A stretch of 64,000 nt of DNA from an uncultured Candidatus Rokubacteria bacterium (GTDB lineage Bacteria; Methylomirabilota; Methylomirabilia; Rokubacteriales; CSP1-6): positions 288,001 through 352,000 of the forward strand of contig CAVWFS010000007.1 of the NCBI GenBank assembly GCA_963754315.1. The letters run 5' to 3'. The translations under genes were made by a program, and so were the position numbers. Shown piece after piece: positions 60,178 through 64,000 of the stretch; position 1 is the stretch's first letter, and each line of letters starts with the position of its first letter. Under the pieces are notes generated by a model. That model made no database searches and was not told where the DNA came from. It saw nothing but the letters and a program-made list of their open reading frames with translations.

Positions 60178-61427
60178 CGCCAGCGATCCCGCAGGTACGG
60201 CTTCTGCCGCTCGAATGCCGTCCCTACTCTTTCGAGAATCGCCCCATCGCCAGCCGCGTCCCGGCCACGGGTGGCGAGAATGAACGCGGCCGTCCGCCCC
60301 AGGTAGAGCGGGACGAGCGCGCGCAACAGGTGCTCACGATGGATGACCGAGTAGTGGTAGCCGAGGGCGGCGTCGTAGACAACGCGCGCCCAGACATCAT
60401 CGGGAAAGCGAAAGATCCCACGATCGCCGGCCTCCAAGCTGAGAACATCGCCCAGGGTCTCCGGGGCCAGTACGGACTCCCAGATCGGCAAGAGGTCCCG
60501 CACGCCGCGCTGGAACGCGTCCACCAGGCGGTCGACGTCGACCACGGGACCGTCGTCGAGGACCCCCGCCGGCTCGCCAACCGTCGGCACCGGAGCGCTG
60601 CCGTGCACGTCGAACCACAGCGCCGGCAGACGCTCCATAAGCCCGAAAACTCCACCCACGGCTTGCGCCATCATGCCGGGGAGGTCCGTGGTCCGCCGAC
60701 GCGACTCTACGCGGCGTGGACCGAGCCAGGCTTCCCAGACGTTGAGCCCCTCGGCGATGGCCAACCCCGTGATCCACAGATCGGTGGCCTCGCGGGGTGA
60801 TGGACGCGGCTCGTCCTCGAGCGTCAGCTCGAGGGCGCGGCCCGACAGGGCGACCGCTCCTCCCAAGGGCTGATGCAGGCGCCGCCCCAGGAGGGCTCTG
60901 ATGAGGGGCGCGAGGAGCAAGTTCGTGATCGTCCCATCGAAGCGACGCCGGGTGTGGGCCGCGATCACGACGTCGGCCTCGCCGTCCAGCACTGGCTTCG
61001 CCAATCGGCCAATCCATTCGTCAGCCACCGACGTCACATCCGCTTCCAGGAGCACGAGCCCACGCGCCTGGAGGCGACGGGCGATGGCCCAGGCGAGCCG
61101 CAACACGGCCGGTCGCCCCGGTATCCCGTGGAAGGGGACAGTGGCGCGTTCCGCCACCGGCGCTTCGAGGCGCGCGTGGACCATGGCCCCTCCCGCCTCC
61201 TTGACACGCTCCACGGTCGCGTCAGAGGACCCGGCATCGACATTGATGAGGACGGCCGGGATATCGGCACAGTGCTTCTCGAGCCCGGCCCGCATGGCGG
61301 TGGTCACCGCGTCGACGGTCGCCGCATTCTCGAAGGTAAGGATCGCGATCGCCAGCTCGCGCGTTCCCACTTCTTGCAGCTGGCTTTCGACCTCGGGCGG
61401 GAGCGTGGCGGCCGCGGTGCTGGCCAT
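60174..61427 (-). CDS. GT2/GT81-like glycosyltransferase (glucosyl-/mannosylglycerate synthase-like)
   Basis: [42 protein letters not shown]. Confidence 0.7.
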   Translation of the reverse strand: MASTAAATLPPEVESQLQEVGTRELAIAILTFENAATVDAVTTAMRAGLEKHCADIPAVLINVDAGSSDATVERVKEAGGAMVHARLEAPVAERATVPFHGIPGRPAVLRLAWAIARRLQARGLVLLEADVTSVADEWIGRLAKPVLDGEADVVIAAHTRRRFDGTITNLLLAPLIRALLGRRLHQPLGGAVALSGRALELTLEDEPRPSPREATDLWITGLAIAEGLNVWEAWLGPRRVESRRRTTDLPGMMAQAVGGVFGLMERLPALWFDVHGSAPVPTVGEPAGVLDDGPVVDVDRLVDAFQRGVRDLLPIWESVLAPETLGDVLSLEAGDRGIFRFPDDVWARVVYDAALGYHYSVIHREHLLRALVPLYLGRTAAFILATRGRDAAGDGAILERVGTAFERQKPYLRDRWR

Positions 61428-62636
61428 CTACGCCCGCGGCTCGGTCTGACTGCCGAGGTGGATCATGAGCGCGAGGTCATCGGCCAGGTGTCGAGTAATG
61501 AGAAAGCCCCGGCGCACATGCTCACGGCCGGCAGCGCCCATGCGTGGGATGAGCTCCGGATTGTTGAGCAGGTGCCGAATCCGGAAGGCGGCCCCCTCCA
61601 CCGACTGGACGGTGTATCCGGTGACGTCCCGAATGATGAGCTGAGTCAGCCCGCCCACCGCTCCCCCGATGACTGGCTTGCCCTTCCACATGGCCTCGGC
61701 CGCACCGATGCCGAAGTCTTCCCGGATGGATGTCTGAAAGACGATGGTCGCTGCCCGCTGCAGGGCATTGATCTGGCGCTGCGCCTCCGGCGGCAGTTCC
61801 AGGACGGTGACGTCCGGATCGTGCTGGGCGGCTTCGCGAAGGTCATTCAGCACCTCCAGACCTTCGGCATCGTCCTGGGCGGTCCCGGCCAGCACGAGCC
61901 GCACATCGTGGTGGCGCTTCACGAGCCGGTACACGTTCACGACATCGATCGGGTGGTGGTCCCGCGTGAAGGGGCTGACCTGGACGAGCAGCGGCTTGTC
62001 GCGCTCGACCCTGAGCTCCTGGAGCATTGCGGCCAGCTCGCGCGCCCCCAGCTCGCGGTTCTTCTCGGACAGGGGATCGATAGAAGGAGGGATGACATAG
62101 CGGGGCATACCCAGGCGGGCCGCGAACGCGGGGAGCGAGAAGATGGCGCCGTCAAAATGCTCGCCGAACTGCCGGAAAAACGACCAGGCTTGCTGCTGGG
62201 GATGCGAGCAATCGAAATGGCATCGCCACAGCCAGTGCCCGCCGCCGCGGTCCGTCACCAGGCTCGCCGGCTGCACGTCGTGAACGATCACCACGTCGGC
62301 CTCGAGCCGAAGCTTCTTGGCCGTCACGCGATTCATCTCGAGGTAGTGCTGGAGCCGCTCGTCGGTGAGGGCACGCTCGCCACCTTGCATGGCCATTTGG
62401 AGTGCCTGGGCAGCCGTGTAGTAGGCGGGGTCACCACCCGTGACCTCCCAATGAGCTTCCACGGCGATATCGTTCAGGAGGGGAATCGCGGCCCGGAGGA
62501 TCTCAGCGGGGCCGCTGCCCAACCGTCCTCCCGTCAGGTGAAGGAAACGGCGTCCTCGTACCTGCTCGGCAAGCTTCAGGATGATATCGACTGTGTTCGG
62601 CGGTGCGACCGCGCGATAGGCGTCGAGCCCGCTCAC
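61428..62636 (-). CDS. treT: Trehalose glycosyltransferring synthase (GT4)
   Basis: VIVHDVQPA, WRCHFD, PPSIDPLSEKN, INALQRAA, EAMWKGKPVIGG. Confidence 0.85.
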   Translation of the reverse strand: MSGLDAYRAVAPPNTVDIILKLAEQVRGRRFLHLTGGRLGSGPAEILRAAIPLLNDIAVEAHWEVTGGDPAYYTAAQALQMAMQGGERALTDERLQHYLEMNRVTAKKLRLEADVVIVHDVQPASLVTDRGGGHWLWRCHFDCSHPQQQAWSFFRQFGEHFDGAIFSLPAFAARLGMPRYVIPPSIDPLSEKNRELGARELAAMLQELRVERDKPLLVQVSPFTRDHHPIDVVNVYRLVKRHHDVRLVLAGTAQDDAEGLEVLNDLREAAQHDPDVTVLELPPEAQRQINALQRAATIVFQTSIREDFGIGAAEAMWKGKPVIGGAVGGLTQLIIRDVTGYTVQSVEGAAFRIRHLLNNPELIPRMGAAGREHVRRGFLITRHLADDLALMIHLGSQTEPRA

Positions 62637-63307
62637 GGGGCGCCTCCCTCCCCTGCCTCCAGGGCCTGGTCGATGAGGATCAGAAGCCGGCCACGTACGC
62701 GCTCGGGGGTGGTGAGGTAGAGATCGAGACGCTCGATCTGCTCGGCCAGTCCCGGTAAGTCGAGCGCCGTTCTGAGCCATGCGGCAAAGTCGCCCCCACG
62801 CCGCCCAAGCCGTGCTCCCACCTCGACCATGTGCAGATAAATGGCGCTCGCATCCACGGTACTGAGCCCCTGACGGAACTCGGCCAGCGTACGCGCACTT
62901 GGTCCCAGCGGCACGGGAACCATACGCGACTGCTGGAAGTGAAAGGCACGCTGGAATTGCACCCGCGGGGGGGTATCCCCGCGCAGGTGACTATGGATGA
63001 TGGTGACCAGCTCTTCACGGAGGGCGGGGAGGCTGTCGTGCTGGAAGGGATCGACCACGGCCAGCCGCTCGGCGAGGGCCACGTCGCCCAGCTCGACGGC
63101 CGCCCATCGGGCGAAGTCGTTGCCATAGGCCGTGGTGACTGGGCGATGACGCAAGAAGTAGCCGTGGACGTGAAAGAACACCGAATCGTCGGGCGCTCCC
63201 TCCAGCCGCTCCATCAGCTCGCGGGCATCGTGGGCCTGCCGATCGAGCGCCTGACGTAGCTCGACACAAGCCGTGAACACGAAGGGCTGCTCCGCCTCGC
63301 GGCTCAT
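62633..63307 (-). CDS. DUF5752 family protein
   Basis: Two internal repeats (PFVF...SVFFH...NDFARW / FHF...AIYLH...DFAAW); located next to treT. Confidence 0.75.
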   Translation of the reverse strand: MSREAEQPFVFTACVELRQALDRQAHDARELMERLEGAPDDSVFFHVHGYFLRHRPVTTAYGNDFARWAAVELGDVALAERLAVVDPFQHDSLPALREELVTIIHSHLRGDTPPRVQFQRAFHFQQSRMVPVPLGPSARTLAEFRQGLSTVDASAIYLHMVEVGARLGRRGGDFAAWLRTALDLPGLAEQIERLDLYLTTPERVRGRLLILIDQALEAGEGGAP

Positions 63308-64000
63308 GCGGCCCGCACCAGGAGGGCGACCGGAAAGCTGGCGAGGGCGGCCGCCACCGATATGGCTCCCCCCTCCACCTCGACCTCCTCACCGGTGAGC
63401 ACATTGTGAAAGCGCTCTCCCGCGTCGGCGGCCACCGCCACGCGGTTATCCTCGCCCCACGCCTCCCTGCCCAAGGGAGGATCCGCGAGGTTGCCGGCGG
63501 CCAACAGGCGCGGAACGAGGACGATCACGCTCTCCCCTCCCCTCACCCGGGCAAAGGCGCAGACGTGCTCGGCCCGCTCACCCTGAGCCTCGAGCGAGCG
63601 GTACTCACCAGTCTGAAACAGGAGCGTCTGGTGGCGGCGTAAGGCCAGAGCCTGCCGGATGACGAAGAGCTTGATACGACCATCTTCCTTGGTCTCGACC
63701 AGGCGCCGGGCCACCGTCGCGAGGTTTGGTGCGTCGGCGATCTCACGGTCCAACTCGGCCAGGGTCCGGCGGCGATGGGCGAAATCCACGGGCCGGCGAT
63801 TGTCAGGATCGGCCAAGCTCAAGTCCCACAGCTCGGTTCCCTGGTAGAGATCGGGCACTCCGGGCGCGGTGAGCTTCAAGAGCGTCTGGGCCAGCGACGC
63901 GTACATCCCCCAGCGGGCGACGTCACGCTGGAAGGGCACGAAGTCGGCCAGGAAGGCTCGGGAGGTTCGCGGATCAAGGATGGCGGCCACGAAGCGGGTC
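63304..64000 (-). CDS. treY: Malto-oligosyltrehalose synthase, C-terminal part (5' outside window)
   Basis: LKLTAPGVPDLYQGTELWDLSLADPDNRRPVDF, DGRIKL, FPVALL. Confidence 0.93.
   Translation of the reverse strand, partial: TRFVAAILDPRTSRAFLADFVPFQRDVARWGMYASLAQTLLKLTAPGVPDLYQGTELWDLSLADPDNRRPVDFAHRRRTLAELDREIADAPNLATVARRLVETKEDGRIKLFVIRQALALRRHQTLLFQTGEYRSLEAQGERAEHVCAFARVRGGESVIVLVPRLLAAGNLADPPLGREAWGEDNRVAVAADAGERFHNVLTGEEVEVEGGAISVAAALASFPVALLVRAA

Noticed and set aside
1..64000. Prophage, integrase, IS, anti-phage defence, tRNA or rRNA genes
   Set aside because: No such motifs were recognised, and composition appears uniform across the window.

Overview
High-GC bacterial chromosomal window of mostly housekeeping and accessory metabolic genes. 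I found no rRNA, tRNA, CRISPR array, integrase or transposase. Gene content and intergenic repeats resemble Candidatus Rokubacteria/Methylomirabilota, which is an inference only. In order the window holds: a histidine kinase tail, response regulator, REC-adenylate cyclase and cupin; peroxiredoxin, DUF169, Hsp15 and DUF3047; a peptide ABC importer with gamma-glutamyltransferase; cobS/cobC; pckG; an acyl-CoA carboxyltransferase; an ECF sigma factor fused to a signal-peptide-like segment and an exported domain; aroQ; a type II secretion cluster (gspEFGHIJKLMCD) with a lipobox-bearing secretin; btpA, nagZ and a nucleoside hydrolase; an Rdx/SelW selenoprotein (CxxU) missing from the ORF track; sugar-acid catabolic genes with a Liv-type ABC importer; a CoxS-CoxL fused molybdo-hydroxylase; threonine dehydrogenase/kbl; a five-gene ACP / LpxL-type acyltransferase / MupA-type monooxygenase / FabF / ABM operon; and a trehalose operon (treS, GT2, treT, DUF5752, treY). 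Five intergenic loci carry one family of GC-rich double-hairpin repeats. About eight to nine single-base frameshifts in otherwise intact genes suggest sequencing or assembly indels. The best candidates for undescribed biology are (1) the membrane-tethered one-component ECF sigma factor, with matching promoter-like motifs upstream of itself and of the T2SS, and (2) the ACP-LpxL-MupA-FabF operon as a possible route to hydroxylated acyl chains on lipid A or another glycolipid. All assignments come from motif recognition by eye; no database searches were run.
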